Made by a program: the position numbers and the translations under genes
Shown here: positions 50,990-61,546 of the stretch, in pieces
Layout: every line of letters begins with the position of its first letter
Numbering within the stretch: the stretch's first letter is position 1
The notes under the pieces: model-generated
What the model was told of the DNA's origin: nothing
Database searches by the model: none
The model's input: only the letters and a program-made list of their open reading frames with translations
Assembly (NCBI GenBank): GCA_963822585.1
Contig: CAWGIE010000031.1
Span: forward strand, 1-64,000
Length of the DNA stretch: 64,000 nucleotides
Source: an uncultured bacterium
GTDB taxonomy: Bacteria; Auribacterota; Erginobacteria; Erginobacterales; Erginobacteraceae
Direction of reading: 5' to 3'

Positions 50990-53158
50990 TCATTCGGGGG
51001 GGGGGGAGGGAGACTCCCCATACCGGGTCCGGAAAAACCAGATATCGCTCTTCACCTCTCCGTACCTGCCGAACGCCCGCACCCGCCAGAGATAAGTGGT
51101 CCCCGAGGAAAGCTTCTTCACCGGACGGCCCTGGCTTTTCTTCAGCCCTGACATCGTCGGATATTCCGGCTCTTCTTCTCCGACTTTCCAGAGGGACAGA
51201 TCATAAGAGGTGGCGGCGTTGCAGTCGGCCCAGTCGAAAAGAAGATCATCCGGGGAGACCCCGGTTTCCCGATTTCCCGGTGACGGCAACGACGGTTTCA
51301 ACACCAGGTTCCGGTTCATTTCTTCCTGGATCACGGCGGCCTCCAGCCCCCGACCTTCATACTGATAGAGACGGATCAATGTCTGACAGAAATAGGGGGC
51401 GTGGGGGTTATAGCCGAATGTCTTCACGCCCCGCTCCAGGAGGCCCTGGGCCTCGGCCAGGTCCTGACGGCGGAGGGCGATCTCCGCCAGGTAGGTCAGG
51501 CTGGTCCGGTCGGTGGGATGAATATCCAGAGCCCGCCGGGCGAATTTCTCCGCGGCGTCATAATCTTTCAGGCCCAGGGCCAGCCCCGCAAACTGGTGGC
51601 AGGAGATATGCCTCATGTTGGCGTCGAAGAACATCGTCGGGAGCACCCGGTCGGCCAGCCAGTTCAACCGGTTCTGGACCTGGAGCCGTTCATACAGCCC
51701 CTCTTTCCGGACGTATTCCTGGGCGGCGGCGGCATAGCGTTCCGGGTTATCGAGTACCTGCTGATAGGCGAGGACTTTTTGTATCTCTTCGCGTTCCTCC
51801 CGCAGCTCCCGATCCCCCCGGATCGTATATCCGATCGCCGCCGCGAAGAGCAAAAGCCCGAGGACGGTAAGGTAATTGACCCCCTGGACGAGAGGGGCCG
51901 GAAGCCGGATCCGCCACACCGCCCTCGCCGTCGGAATGCTGTTGAGCAGGGCGGCCACACCGGCGACCCAGATCTGGGTGCTGACCTTTTCCGACGTGAA
52001 GGTGGTGAACTGCATGAAGATAATACCGACCAGGGATGCCCCGGCCGCCAGCATCACCCCTCTCCCCCTCCCCTTCCAGGCCAGCCGGAAAAGGAGCGCG
52101 AAGGTTAACAGAAAGAGCAGGGCGCCCGGAATGCCGAGATCGACATACGCCTGCAGATAATCATTATGGACTTCCCAGTTGAGAGTTTTAACTTCCGGCT
52201 TCCGGAGAAAGGGGGTGGCAACGATAGGAAAGTTGCCGAAACCGGCCCCGAGGAGTGGATCAGTAACCCCGAGGCTGGGAGCCCAGAAAGTCATCCGCTG
52301 CCGGGGGTTCATGATCGTTTTTGCCGCCTGCCAAAAATTAAGTTTCCCCTTGAAACTTTTCTCCGAACCGATCGGGAGCCCCACCGTAAGAGCAAGGATT
52401 AACGCAAGCACTGATGGCAAAATGAGAAATAGTATCTTCTTTTTATACGCGACAATTTTACGAATTCCACCTGCCACCAGCAGATAACACAGTCCGGCCA
52501 GCAACCCGACCCAGGCCCCCCGGGTCTTGGTAAGAAGAAGGAACAGCAGGTTGAGGATAAAGGCGATAAACGGGAGAAGGGATCTCCAGCCGCGTATTCC
52601 GAAATACCGCACCAGAAAAAAAGGCGAGATGACCATCAAGTACATACTGGCATAGTTTCGCGATCCCAGCGTGGCCCGGGGAACCGCCGTCCCGGGAAAA
52701 CTGTGGACGAAAGGGAACGACGGGAAAAAATACTGAAGGATGCCAATACCCGCCACCAGCAACGTCAGCAGGGAGAACGGCAACCAGAATATATCCGACT
52801 CCCAGAAACGTGTCCGCCGAGCCAGCAGATAGGCCAGGGTGGGAAGGAGCAGCGCCAGCCAGCGTTCGAATCCGACCCGGGGCTGGACGGCCCAGACCAG
52901 TGAAAGGAGCGCCCAACCCAGGTATGCCAGCCAGACCGCCCCCAGCAGGGTCAGGGTGAAGAAGTGCGGGCGGCGCGGCGGCAGCAGGGCCAGGCCGATC
53001 CCGACCGTCGCCGCCGCCCAAAAAGCTTTGGGCAGGTAATTACCCGACATCATACCGGGGAGACAGGCCAGAACGACGAGCGAAACCAGCAGCCAGATAA
53101 CCGCGCCCGGCCAGGATGGATCTTGCTTCGATAACGGCTTATGCTGAGACATCTTCAC
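50990..53158 (-). CDS. O-antigen ligase family protein with TPR-like and FN3-like C-terminus (possible O-oligosaccharyltransferase)
   Basis: ATLGSRN, TRGAW, GAGFGNF, HNDYLQ..VDLG; C-terminal LSSGTTYLWRVRA. Confidence 0.82.
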   Translation of the reverse strand: MKMSQHKPLSKQDPSWPGAVIWLLVSLVVLACLPGMMSGNYLPKAFWAAATVGIGLALLPPRRPHFFTLTLLGAVWLAYLGWALLSLVWAVQPRVGFERWLALLLPTLAYLLARRTRFWESDIFWLPFSLLTLLVAGIGILQYFFPSFPFVHSFPGTAVPRATLGSRNYASMYLMVISPFFLVRYFGIRGWRSLLPFIAFILNLLFLLLTKTRGAWVGLLAGLCYLLVAGGIRKIVAYKKKILFLILPSVLALILALTVGLPIGSEKSFKGKLNFWQAAKTIMNPRQRMTFWAPSLGVTDPLLGAGFGNFPIVATPFLRKPEVKTLNWEVHNDYLQAYVDLGIPGALLFLLTFALLFRLAWKGRGRGVMLAAGASLVGIIFMQFTTFTSEKVSTQIWVAGVAALLNSIPTARAVWRIRLPAPLVQGVNYLTVLGLLLFAAAIGYTIRGDRELREEREEIQKVLAYQQVLDNPERYAAAAQEYVRKEGLYERLQVQNRLNWLADRVLPTMFFDANMRHISCHQFAGLALGLKDYDAAEKFARRALDIHPTDRTSLTYLAEIALRRQDLAEAQGLLERGVKTFGYNPHAPYFCQTLIRLYQYEGRGLEAAVIQEEMNRNLVLKPSLPSPGNRETGVSPDDLLFDWADCNAATSYDLSLWKVGEEEPEYPTMSGLKKSQGRPVKKLSSGTTYLWRVRAFGRYGEVKSDIWFFRTRYGESPSPPPE

Positions 53159-53341
53159 GAGGCCTACCGCGAAAAAATTCCGGATGACAGATCCCCTCTA
53201 TCAGACAAATCTCACATTCTCAAGCCGGCGCCTGCGGATGATGAAAGGCAAAAGCCGGTTGCCGGCCGCAGTTTTGGATATGAATATTAAAACGGGGAGG
53301 TTATTTGATATCCGACGCGGGCGATTTGGCATGAGCAATGA

Positions 53342-55123
53342 CTAACCGGGAGTGCCTTCCTTCACCAGCGTGTTCAGTACCACCAGCAGGCAGGCCAGGG
53401 CAAAAGCCATCAGCATGGCGATCAGGACAATCCGGGTTCGCCGGGGGCCGACCTTGACCGGATCGGCTTGGGCCTTATAGAGGAGAACCGTGCCGCTGCG
53501 GGAAACGTTCTCTATCGACACCCTGAGCAAGGCGACTTCTTCGGCTTTAGCGGCCAGGGAAGAGCGGACCTGCGCCAGGTTCTCAACGTCCCTCTTCTGC
53601 CGGGCGATCTCATCCCGGCCGACGTAGACGCTCTTTTCCAGGCCGACGAGTTCCTGGCCGACGGCATCGAGCTTGGTTTTTTCCGCCGCCAGCCTGATCT
53701 CCATCTTCTCCAGGTCCTTCTCCGCCGCTTCATATCCCTGGCGGTCGGCATTATAGGTATTCTCATAATAGGCCAGAAGATCCTGGTCCTTCTTGACCGA
53801 CCTCTGCAATGCCCCCCGTTTTATCTCCAACGGTGCGATATCCATCATCAGGTCGCTGACCTCTTTCCGCAGCGTTTCCAACTCCTGTTTCCCTTCCCCG
53901 ATCTTGTTCTTTAACCCGCTGATCTCTCCCGCCAGAGTGATCATCTCCTTTTGCGTCTCCAGGAAAACTGTATTGCTCTCCTGGGATTTCATCCCGGGCA
54001 GCGAACCGCTTTCCGGCAGATCGCCCTGAAGATATTTATTCCAGATCGCGTCATCCCCGATGGCTTTGGTAAGGACGATCATGGGTTTGAGCCCCGCCAG
54101 TTCTTCCTGCAGCTTGTTATAGGTCGGTTCCGCGCTGAAGAGCTGGGAACGGGCCAGCAGGACCTCCTGGGAAATATCGTCGATCTGCTTCTTTTTGATC
54201 TTCACCATCATATTTTTATAATCGAGACGGCTGGACTCTTCAAATGCCGCCAGAGCCTGCTGGTTCTCTTTCAGACTCCGGATCGTCCGGGCGATTCGAT
54301 CGATCAGCGGCGTGGAGACGGGCAATACATACTCCGGGGTCCCCGAGTACTCTCGGTCATAAACCTCGCCGACCCAGATGCCGTCGATCTCCTGGGAGGA
54401 TACGCTGTCTTTTAAATTCTCCAGCAATACCTTCTTGACCGCGACTTCATCCTGTAATTGGAGAACTTCCTGAGAAAGCTGCGAATATAACGCTTTATTA
54501 TGTTCGAGCAGCATCTGATTGACGGTGAGGTTCGATTTCAGCATCATCTCGGTGTAACGATTCTCACTTTCGAGCAGGGACTTGTTGACCTTCTCATAGA
54601 TGTTGGCGGTGAAGGTATTGAGCTCATCGACGTTGCTCTGGTATATCTCCCGCGTCTTTTTGAGAACTACCTGCGCCCAATGGTTGGCGATCTCCATGGA
54701 CAGGTCCGGAGAGGTCGTGGTGGCGGTCAGTTTGACCATCGGCAGAAGATTCTTCTCCCGGCTGGAATCGCGTTCCACCGAGGTCGAGAGCATCTCCTGG
54801 AATCGGGGAAAGCTGACGCCCTTAACCAGGTTGCCCGAGGTGTTTAATTCCTGGAAAAGATCCCATTTCACCCGAGTGGACTCGATCAGCGACCGGAGAG
54901 ACTCAACGCTGAGAGGAGGGATCTCGCCGGTGATCGTCATTTCCGGCTGCTGGACACTGATCGCCGCGGAGGCGCTGTACTTGTTCGAAATCAAGAGGGT
55001 AACCGCCGCCGCCAGAACCCCCACGGCCAGGGTTGCGATCAGCAGACGGATCCTGTATTTGTTGAGTATCCTGATAAGCCCGATCTCGTTCATCTCTTCA
55101 TTCCTCCCGGTGGCTCCTGACAT
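53342..55123 (-). CDS. Wzz/GumC-type polysaccharide co-polymerase (chain-length determinant)
   Basis: N- and C-terminal TMs, long coiled coil, A..P..VGPRR motif; no kinase domain. Confidence 0.82.
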   Translation of the reverse strand: MSGATGRNEEMNEIGLIRILNKYRIRLLIATLAVGVLAAAVTLLISNKYSASAAISVQQPEMTITGEIPPLSVESLRSLIESTRVKWDLFQELNTSGNLVKGVSFPRFQEMLSTSVERDSSREKNLLPMVKLTATTTSPDLSMEIANHWAQVVLKKTREIYQSNVDELNTFTANIYEKVNKSLLESENRYTEMMLKSNLTVNQMLLEHNKALYSQLSQEVLQLQDEVAVKKVLLENLKDSVSSQEIDGIWVGEVYDREYSGTPEYVLPVSTPLIDRIARTIRSLKENQQALAAFEESSRLDYKNMMVKIKKKQIDDISQEVLLARSQLFSAEPTYNKLQEELAGLKPMIVLTKAIGDDAIWNKYLQGDLPESGSLPGMKSQESNTVFLETQKEMITLAGEISGLKNKIGEGKQELETLRKEVSDLMMDIAPLEIKRGALQRSVKKDQDLLAYYENTYNADRQGYEAAEKDLEKMEIRLAAEKTKLDAVGQELVGLEKSVYVGRDEIARQKRDVENLAQVRSSLAAKAEEVALLRVSIENVSRSGTVLLYKAQADPVKVGPRRTRIVLIAMLMAFALACLLVVLNTLVKEGTPG

Positions 55124-55211
55124 GGTCCCGACGAATAAATCGGAGCGTCCTTATCCATGCCGGAGACGATATCGCTGTCAACAATACCGCACTTTTCATA
55201 TCATACTTGTA

Positions 55212-55290
55212 CTTATATAGATAATCATCGCCCCTGTCAAGACGCGAGACTGAATTGATATTGACAGGGACGGGGGGATATAGATAGATT
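55212..55290. promoter_or_regulatory. Back-to-back sigma70-like promoters
   Basis: Minus strand TTGACA(55240-55235)-N17-TATAAG; plus strand TTGACA(55261)-N18-TAGATT. Confidence 0.5.
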
Positions 55291-55299
55291 ACCGGCATT

Positions 55300-56016
55300 A
55301 TGCCGAAGCCGGTCTCCATCGTACTCCCCACCTATAACGAGAAGGATACCATCGCCCCTCTGGTCAAGGAGATCGCCGCCGGGATCTCCGGCGAGTCCGA
55401 GATCATCGTGGTGGACGACAATTCACCCGACGGGACGGGCGAGATCGTCTCCGCTCTCGGCCGGGACGATCCCCGGATCACGCTTCTGAGAAGGAGGGAG
55501 CGGGGGTTGACTTCCGCCCTCCGGGCCGGGATCGAGAAGGCCCGGCACGAAACCATCATCTGGCTGGACGCCGACTTCGCCCACCCACCCGAGGCAATAC
55601 CCGACCTGGTCGCCGCCGACGATGCCTATGATATTGTGGTCGCTTCCCGGTATGTCCGTGGGGGACATGACGGCAGGGATTCAGTCGTGCGCCGTATTTC
55701 CAGCATTGTTCTCAACCGCATCGGACAATGGTGGGTCCGTTCCTCAATCCGGGATCTCAGCAGCGGCTTTGTCCGGGCCCGGAAGACGGTCCTCAATCAT
55801 CTCAGCTTCCGGGGGACCTATGGAGACTACTGCATCGATTTCCTGGTCCGGGCGGAGAGGAAGGGATACCGCATCCTGGAGATCCCCTACACTAACTCCG
55901 AACGTGAAAAAGGTTACTCCAAAACCACCGCGAACCCCTTGACCTTTCTCCGTTATGTCTTATTATACTTCAAAACCATTACCCAATTGAGGAATACCGC
56001 CCGTGAAAAAGATTGA
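55300..56016 (+). CDS. GT2 polyprenol-phosphate glycosyltransferase (DPM1-like)
   Basis: LPTYNE, VDDNSPDGT, LDADFAHPP, VVASRY. Confidence 0.9.
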   Translation: MPKPVSIVLPTYNEKDTIAPLVKEIAAGISGESEIIVVDDNSPDGTGEIVSALGRDDPRITLLRRRERGLTSALRAGIEKARHETIIWLDADFAHPPEAIPDLVAADDAYDIVVASRYVRGGHDGRDSVVRRISSIVLNRIGQWWVRSSIRDLSSGFVRARKTVLNHLSFRGTYGDYCIDFLVRAERKGYRILEIPYTNSEREKGYSKTTANPLTFLRYVLLYFKTITQLRNTAREKD

Positions 56017-57193
56017 CGAGAAGAAAAGCCGGGAGGCCCTGCGCCGGGCCTCCGAGATGGCCGGACCCGAACCGGTCACCCCCGATGGCGTCGAAATAAT
56101 CCCGGTCTGTCAACCGACGCTGGAAGGAAACGAACGGAAATACGTCCTCCAGTGCATGGATACCAACTGGATATCCTCCCGGGGAAAGTTCGTGGATGAG
56201 TTCGAGGAAAAGTTCAGTCATTACTGCGGTGTCCGGTTCGGGATCACCACCAACAGCGGGACCACCGCTCTCCATCTCGCCCTGGCGACCATGGGACTGG
56301 GACCCGGGGACGAAGTCATCATCCCCTCTTTTACCATGATCTCGACCGCGAACGCCATCGCCTACCTCGATGCCGAGCCGGTGGTGGTTGATGTCGAGCC
56401 CCGGACCTGGAATATAGACCCGGATAAAATCGAAGCAAAAATTACCGACCGAACCCGGGCCATCATCCCCATCCATACCTACGGGCATCCGGCCGATATG
56501 GACCGCCTCCGGGCGATCGCGGATAAGTACGGTATCGATATCGTCGAGGACGCGGCCGAAGCCCATGGCGCCGAATATAAAGGGAGGAAAGCCGGGAGCT
56601 TCGGCAAGATGGCCTCTTTCAGTTTTTACGCCAATAAAATTATCACCACCGGCGAGGGAGGGATGATCGTCACTGACGATGAAGAGCTGGCCAATCGTCT
56701 CCAGACGTTGCGCAATTACGGCTTTACCCAGGAGAGGCATTTCTGGCACAAGGTGATGGGTTTCAGCTACCGGATGACCAACCTCCAGGCCGCCATCGGC
56801 CTGGCTCAGTTCGAACGAATCGATGAGTTGCTCGGATCGCGGAGAAACAACGCGAAATTATACAACCGTCTTCTGGGGGATGTTCCGGGGATAACCACGC
56901 CGCCGGAATCCGAGAATGTCAAATCCGCCTACTGGATGTATGGTGTGCTGGTGGAAGACGATTTCGGGATCGGCAAGGACGAGCTCCGCCAGAAACTGGC
57001 CGACCGAGGGATCGAGACCCGTTCCTTCTTCATCCCCATCCATCTCCAGCCGATTTATTCCCACCTCTTGAGCGATCAGTTTCCGGTCTCGGAGGAACTG
57101 GGACGGAAGGGATTTTACCTCCCCTCCGCCAGCAGTCTCCGCCCCGATCAGATCGAGTTCATCGCCGACGTCATCCGCGACGCGCGCCCTTAA
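56003..57193 (+). CDS. DegT family aminotransferase (perosamine synthase-like)
   Basis: WISSRG, SGTTALHLA, EDAAEAHG, FSFYANKIITTGEGG, YRMTNLQAAIG. Confidence 0.92.
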   Translation: MKKIDEKKSREALRRASEMAGPEPVTPDGVEIIPVCQPTLEGNERKYVLQCMDTNWISSRGKFVDEFEEKFSHYCGVRFGITTNSGTTALHLALATMGLGPGDEVIIPSFTMISTANAIAYLDAEPVVVDVEPRTWNIDPDKIEAKITDRTRAIIPIHTYGHPADMDRLRAIADKYGIDIVEDAAEAHGAEYKGRKAGSFGKMASFSFYANKIITTGEGGMIVTDDEELANRLQTLRNYGFTQERHFWHKVMGFSYRMTNLQAAIGLAQFERIDELLGSRRNNAKLYNRLLGDVPGITTPPESENVKSAYWMYGVLVEDDFGIGKDELRQKLADRGIETRSFFIPIHLQPIYSHLLSDQFPVSEELGRKGFYLPSASSLRPDQIEFIADVIRDARP

Positions 57194-57247
57194 AATTTTC
57201 TTCGAAAAATTTTATATTTTCATCTAACGAATATTAGGAGACTGGAA

Positions 57248-57439
57248 ATGAGCCCAAAGATGACACTGATTTATTGGAAAGGAGAGAAGTTCTGGCTGGG
57301 CAAGCTCCTTGAACATCCTGAAATTATGACTCAGGGAAAAACAATAAGCGAGCTTGAAGAAAATATTAAGGATGCCTATCTGATGATGGCAATGGATGAT
57401 GTTCCTGAGGAATACAAACTGAAAGCAATCGCATTATGA
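57248..57439 (+). CDS. hicB: HicB family antitoxin (short form)
   Basis: TQGKTISELEENIKDA motif. Confidence 0.85.
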   Translation: MSPKMTLIYWKGEKFWLGKLLEHPEIMTQGKTISELEENIKDAYLMMAMDDVPEEYKLKAIAL

Positions 57440-57624
57440 AACGGAAAGAGTTCATCCGTCAACTTAAGCGGGAAGGCTGTATCCTGCTAAGACCCGGATC
57501 CAGACACGACATTTATTTAAACTCTCATACGGGTATGAAACAACCCGTCCCCCGGCATATTGAGATCGATAATGCCTTAGCTAAACATATTCGAAAATAC
57601 CTGGGCCTTAACCCGATTGATTAA
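57436..57624 (+). CDS. hicA: HicA family toxin
   Basis: GSRHDIY...PVPRH.EI; ATGA overlap with hicB. Confidence 0.88.
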   Translation: MKRKEFIRQLKREGCILLRPGSRHDIYLNSHTGMKQPVPRHIEIDNALAKHIRKYLGLNPID

Positions 57625-57746
57625 TAAATCGGGTTGGTTTTGAAAAGCAATAACCTAATATTATCAGGCCAATTCCTCCATTACTCAACCACCTCATCAC
57701 TCCTTCTCTTCGTGTCCTTCGTGGTAATTATTCAATCCTATTCATC

Positions 57747-59162
57747 ATGAATGTCCTGCTGATCAATCCTCCCTTCGATCCGGAGGAGTCGGTCGGGGAA
57801 AGCAGCTCGGTACGCTTTGTCCTCAATATCACCCCGCCCCTGGGGCTGGCCTACCTGGGAGCGGTCCTGGAACGGGCCGGACACCGGGTAAAAATCATCG
57901 ACTATACCGCCCGCTATCCCTATCCTCCCCTCCCCGATATACTGAAAGAATTCCACCCGGATCTGATCGGACTGACCGCGACCACGCCTTCATTCGAGAG
58001 CGCCTCCCGGATGGCGAAAGAGCTGCGGGCACGTGCTCCTTCCGCCCGGATTCTGCTGGGAGGAGCTCATGTTACCTGTGCCGCGGAAGCGGCGATGGGC
58101 TGCGGTTTTTTTGATGTCGGAGTGCTCGGAGAAGGAGAGGATACTATCGTTGAGTTGGCGGAGCATCTGAGCGAGGGATCTTTCACCGGTCTGGAAGAAG
58201 TACGAGGTATCATCTATCCGCACGGCAAGGAATTCAGGAGAACCCCTTCCCGACCCTTCATCCAAGATCTCGATTCCCTCCCCTACCCCGCCTACCACCT
58301 CCTTCCCTCCCTGGACCACTATCACCCCACACCTGCCTCCTACCGGAAGCTCCCGGTCGGGATCATGATGACCAGCCGGGGCTGTCCTTTCCAGTGCACC
58401 TTCTGCGACCGCTCCATCTTCGGCAACATCACCCGCTTTCACGGCACCGAACGGGTGCTGGCGGAGGTGGAGTGGATGCTTAATGACCTGGGGGCGCAAG
58501 AGATCCGCTTTTTCGATGACACATTTACCCTGAAACGGGACCGGGCCGCCGCGATCTGCGCAGGGCTCCGGGAACGGGGGCTGAAGTTTCCCTGGACCTG
58601 CCTGACCGCCGTCAAGGCGGTCACCCCGGAGCTGCTGAAGGAGATGAAGGCCGCCGGCTGCTGGCAAGTTCTTTACGGCCTGGAGTCGGGTGACGACCGG
58701 ATGCTGAAACTGCTCGGGAAGGGAAACTCGGTTGAAGCCAACCGCAACGCCGTCCGCTGGGCGAAGGAAGCGGGACTGGAGATCCGGGGGGATTTCATCG
58801 TGGGGACACCCGGCGAGACCATGGAGAGCCTGGAGAAGACGCTGCAGTTCACCCTGGAGAGCGGGCTCGACTACGCCCACTTCAACAAGTTCACCCCCTT
58901 CCCCGGGACCGAACTCTACCGCCGGCTGGTGGCGGGGGGCTACTCCTTCGATTTCTCCCGGGGGTGCAGCATCCTCGATCATGGGGCGCTTCTCTTCGTG
59001 CCCAAGTCGCTCGATCGAAACGAGTACCGCCGCTGGCTCGACCGGGCCTTCAAGAAGTTCTACTTCCGCCCCGCCCACATCCTCAAGCGCCTCCTGGCCA
59101 TCCGCACCTGGACCCAGTTCCGGGGCCAGGCCCGGGGCGCTTTCGCCATCGCCGGACTGTAA
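57747..59162 (+). CDS. B12-binding radical SAM protein (class B methyltransferase-like)
   Basis: PPLGLAYL, GGAHVT, GEGE, TSRGCPFQCTFC, GLESG. Confidence 0.93.
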   Translation: MNVLLINPPFDPEESVGESSSVRFVLNITPPLGLAYLGAVLERAGHRVKIIDYTARYPYPPLPDILKEFHPDLIGLTATTPSFESASRMAKELRARAPSARILLGGAHVTCAAEAAMGCGFFDVGVLGEGEDTIVELAEHLSEGSFTGLEEVRGIIYPHGKEFRRTPSRPFIQDLDSLPYPAYHLLPSLDHYHPTPASYRKLPVGIMMTSRGCPFQCTFCDRSIFGNITRFHGTERVLAEVEWMLNDLGAQEIRFFDDTFTLKRDRAAAICAGLRERGLKFPWTCLTAVKAVTPELLKEMKAAGCWQVLYGLESGDDRMLKLLGKGNSVEANRNAVRWAKEAGLEIRGDFIVGTPGETMESLEKTLQFTLESGLDYAHFNKFTPFPGTELYRRLVAGGYSFDFSRGCSILDHGALLFVPKSLDRNEYRRWLDRAFKKFYFRPAHILKRLLAIRTWTQFRGQARGAFAIAGL

Positions 59163-59282
59163 CCCCGCGTCATCGATCAGCGGAGATTCGGATCGATTCG
59201 CCCACGTTGCAGGTTATTTTATATTTTCCTTGGCGATGAGAAGTGTTACTATCGCGCTATCCTCTATACCTACCTTTGCGCC

Positions 59283-60536
59283 ATGAACTCCACGGAAACA
59301 GAAGCCATTAAGGGATCCTTGCCGTCCCTGAGCATGAAGATCCTCGGCAGTGTCCTGCTGACAATGATCATGAGCGTCAACCTTGCTCACGGGGGTGCAG
59401 TGGAGGATGAAGGGACCTCAGCCGGGAAGGAAAATCAAAAATCCAAGCTGATGTCTTTGCCTTACCTTCTCGGCTATAACCCGGCTCCCGCGAAAACCGG
59501 GGTAACCGTTTATGACCGGAAGCGCGCCGGTACCGGCGTCAACCTCATGGTGACCGGCGGCGCAAACCCCGCTGTCCTGATGGACATGGAAGGCAACATA
59601 CTCCATGGATGGACGCTTGAAGAAGAGAACCATATACGACGCGCGCATCTGTTTCCCAACGGCGACCTTCTTGCCATATTAGGGAAGGGACGATTAGTGA
59701 AATTGGATAAAGATTCAAAACAAATTTGGTACCGCAAAGGTGGATATCATCATGATCTCGAGGTGGCGAAGAACGGGGACATTTACGTGCTGCGGGAGGG
59801 AGCGAGAACGGCCCCGGCCGAGGGGAAAAAAATAATCTGGAATTTGCCCGATGAATTCATGGATAACTTCATTACCGTTCTTACGCCCGACGGGGAGGTG
59901 AAATTAAACTATTCAATCTTTGACTGCATTTTCACCTCGGATTATCAGTCATTGTTGCGCGACAAAGCCATGGGTCCCAGCAAAGGAGATATCCTCCACG
60001 CCAACACAATCGAGCTGGTCAAGAAAGATTCCCGGCACCATTTCCCCCCTTTCCGGGAAGATGCCATCCTGGTCTCTTTCCGACATCTGGATACCATCGC
60101 GATTATCGATCCGGTTTCCCGGAAAGTCACCTGGGCCGCCTCGGGGATGTGGACGCACCAGCACCAGCCCACGATCTTAGCCGATGGGAAAGTACTTCTT
60201 TTTGATAACCAGGGTGAAAACGGGATGTCCCGGGTCATGGAATTCGACCCCGCCACTCAGGAGATAGGCTGGGCCTATCGTGGCACCGAAGAAAACGGTT
60301 TTTACAGTGAAGTCCTCGGCTCTCAGCAGCGGCTGCCGAACGGTAATACCCTCATAACCGAATCCTGCGCTGGCCGGGTATTTGAGGTGACCCCGGAAAA
60401 TGAGATCGTCTGGGAGTACCTCAATCCCCAACGCGCCGGGCCGGAGAATGATCTGATCGGCGTTATTTACGAGATGATCCGCCTCAATCCGGATGACTTT
60501 TATTTTCTTGCCGAAGAAAACGATCCCTCCCTCTGA
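59283..60536 (+). CDS. Arylsulfotransferase (ASST) family beta-propeller protein
   Basis: YHHD, HANTI, QHQP, FDN, RLPNGNTLITES. Confidence 0.82.
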   Translation: MNSTETEAIKGSLPSLSMKILGSVLLTMIMSVNLAHGGAVEDEGTSAGKENQKSKLMSLPYLLGYNPAPAKTGVTVYDRKRAGTGVNLMVTGGANPAVLMDMEGNILHGWTLEEENHIRRAHLFPNGDLLAILGKGRLVKLDKDSKQIWYRKGGYHHDLEVAKNGDIYVLREGARTAPAEGKKIIWNLPDEFMDNFITVLTPDGEVKLNYSIFDCIFTSDYQSLLRDKAMGPSKGDILHANTIELVKKDSRHHFPPFREDAILVSFRHLDTIAIIDPVSRKVTWAASGMWTHQHQPTILADGKVLLFDNQGENGMSRVMEFDPATQEIGWAYRGTEENGFYSEVLGSQQRLPNGNTLITESCAGRVFEVTPENEIVWEYLNPQRAGPENDLIGVIYEMIRLNPDDFYFLAEENDPSL

Positions 60537-60619
60537 CGGGCCATAATGCTTTGAACAGGAATACAATCTGTCGATTAAACATTTTCTGCCGATCGTCAGA
60601 AAATGTTTAATCCACGATG

Positions 60620-61522
60620 CTACCGCCAGATCTCCAGCTCCAGCTCCAGGGTAATCCCGAATTCATCTCTCACCTTTTCCCGCGCCAGTGCGATCAACTT
60701 TTCTACTTCTCCACAACGGGCGCCCCCCCGGTTGACGATGATGTTGGCGTGCTTCTCCGATATCTGCGCGTCCCCTATTCTTTTCCCTTTCAAACCCGCT
60801 TCTTCGATCAACCGTCCCGCGTGATCGCCGGGCGGGTTTTTGAAAACGGATCCGGCGCTGGGAAAGTCAAGCGGGAGGGACCTTTTCCTCCAGGCGAGAT
60901 GACCCTTCATCCTCTCCCGGATCGTCTCTTTCCGATCCGGCCGGAGCTCGAACTCCGCTTCCAGGACCACGCCGCCGTCATGACGGAACCGGCTGGAGCG
61001 GTACCCGAAAGCGCACTCCGTCGGGGAGAGGTCCCTGACCCCGGAACCGGGATAGAAGACCCGGACTCGCCGGACCGCGCCGGCTATCTCCCCTCCCCGG
61101 CTCCCGGCATTCATCGCCACCGCCCCCCCGACGGTGCCCGGGATGCCAACGGCGTACTCCAGCCCCGAGAGTCCGTTTTCGGCCGCGGCCTGGACCAGAC
61201 GCGTCAGGGGAAGACCCGCGGCGGCGGTGATCCGGCGTCCGTGACGGACGCAGTCCCCGGCTGTCCCCGCGATCCGGATCACGATCCCCCGCACCCCTTC
61301 ATCCGCGACCAGCAGGTTGGTCCCCCCTCCCAGAATACGAGAGGGGAATCCCCCCTCCTCCACCAGATTCAGCAGTTTGACCAGATCCTCCGGCCCGGAC
61401 GGCATGACAAAAAAATCCGCCGGGCCGCCAATGCCCAGAGATGTGTGTTTCTTCAGTTCTTCGCGGATCCTGATCTCGCCCTCAATAGCTGAGGAGATGC
61501 AGATTTCCTTAAAGTTTTTCAT
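60620..61522 (-). CDS. murB: UDP-N-acetylenolpyruvoylglucosamine reductase
   Basis: IGGPA, GGGTNLL, GIPGTVGGAVAMNAG, FGYRSS, SAGSVFKNP, KHAN, LELE. Confidence 0.96.
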   Translation of the reverse strand: MKNFKEICISSAIEGEIRIREELKKHTSLGIGGPADFFVMPSGPEDLVKLLNLVEEGGFPSRILGGGTNLLVADEGVRGIVIRIAGTAGDCVRHGRRITAAAGLPLTRLVQAAAENGLSGLEYAVGIPGTVGGAVAMNAGSRGGEIAGAVRRVRVFYPGSGVRDLSPTECAFGYRSSRFRHDGGVVLEAEFELRPDRKETIRERMKGHLAWRKRSLPLDFPSAGSVFKNPPGDHAGRLIEEAGLKGKRIGDAQISEKHANIIVNRGGARCGEVEKLIALAREKVRDEFGITLELELEIWR

Positions 61523-61546
61523 CGGAGTTAATCCACTCTGGCCGGC

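Noticed and set aside
53220..53280. Possible c-di-GMP riboswitch (GGCAAAAGCC)
   Set aside because: The second stem and conserved motifs are not recognisable, and it is on the opposite strand to the flanking genes.
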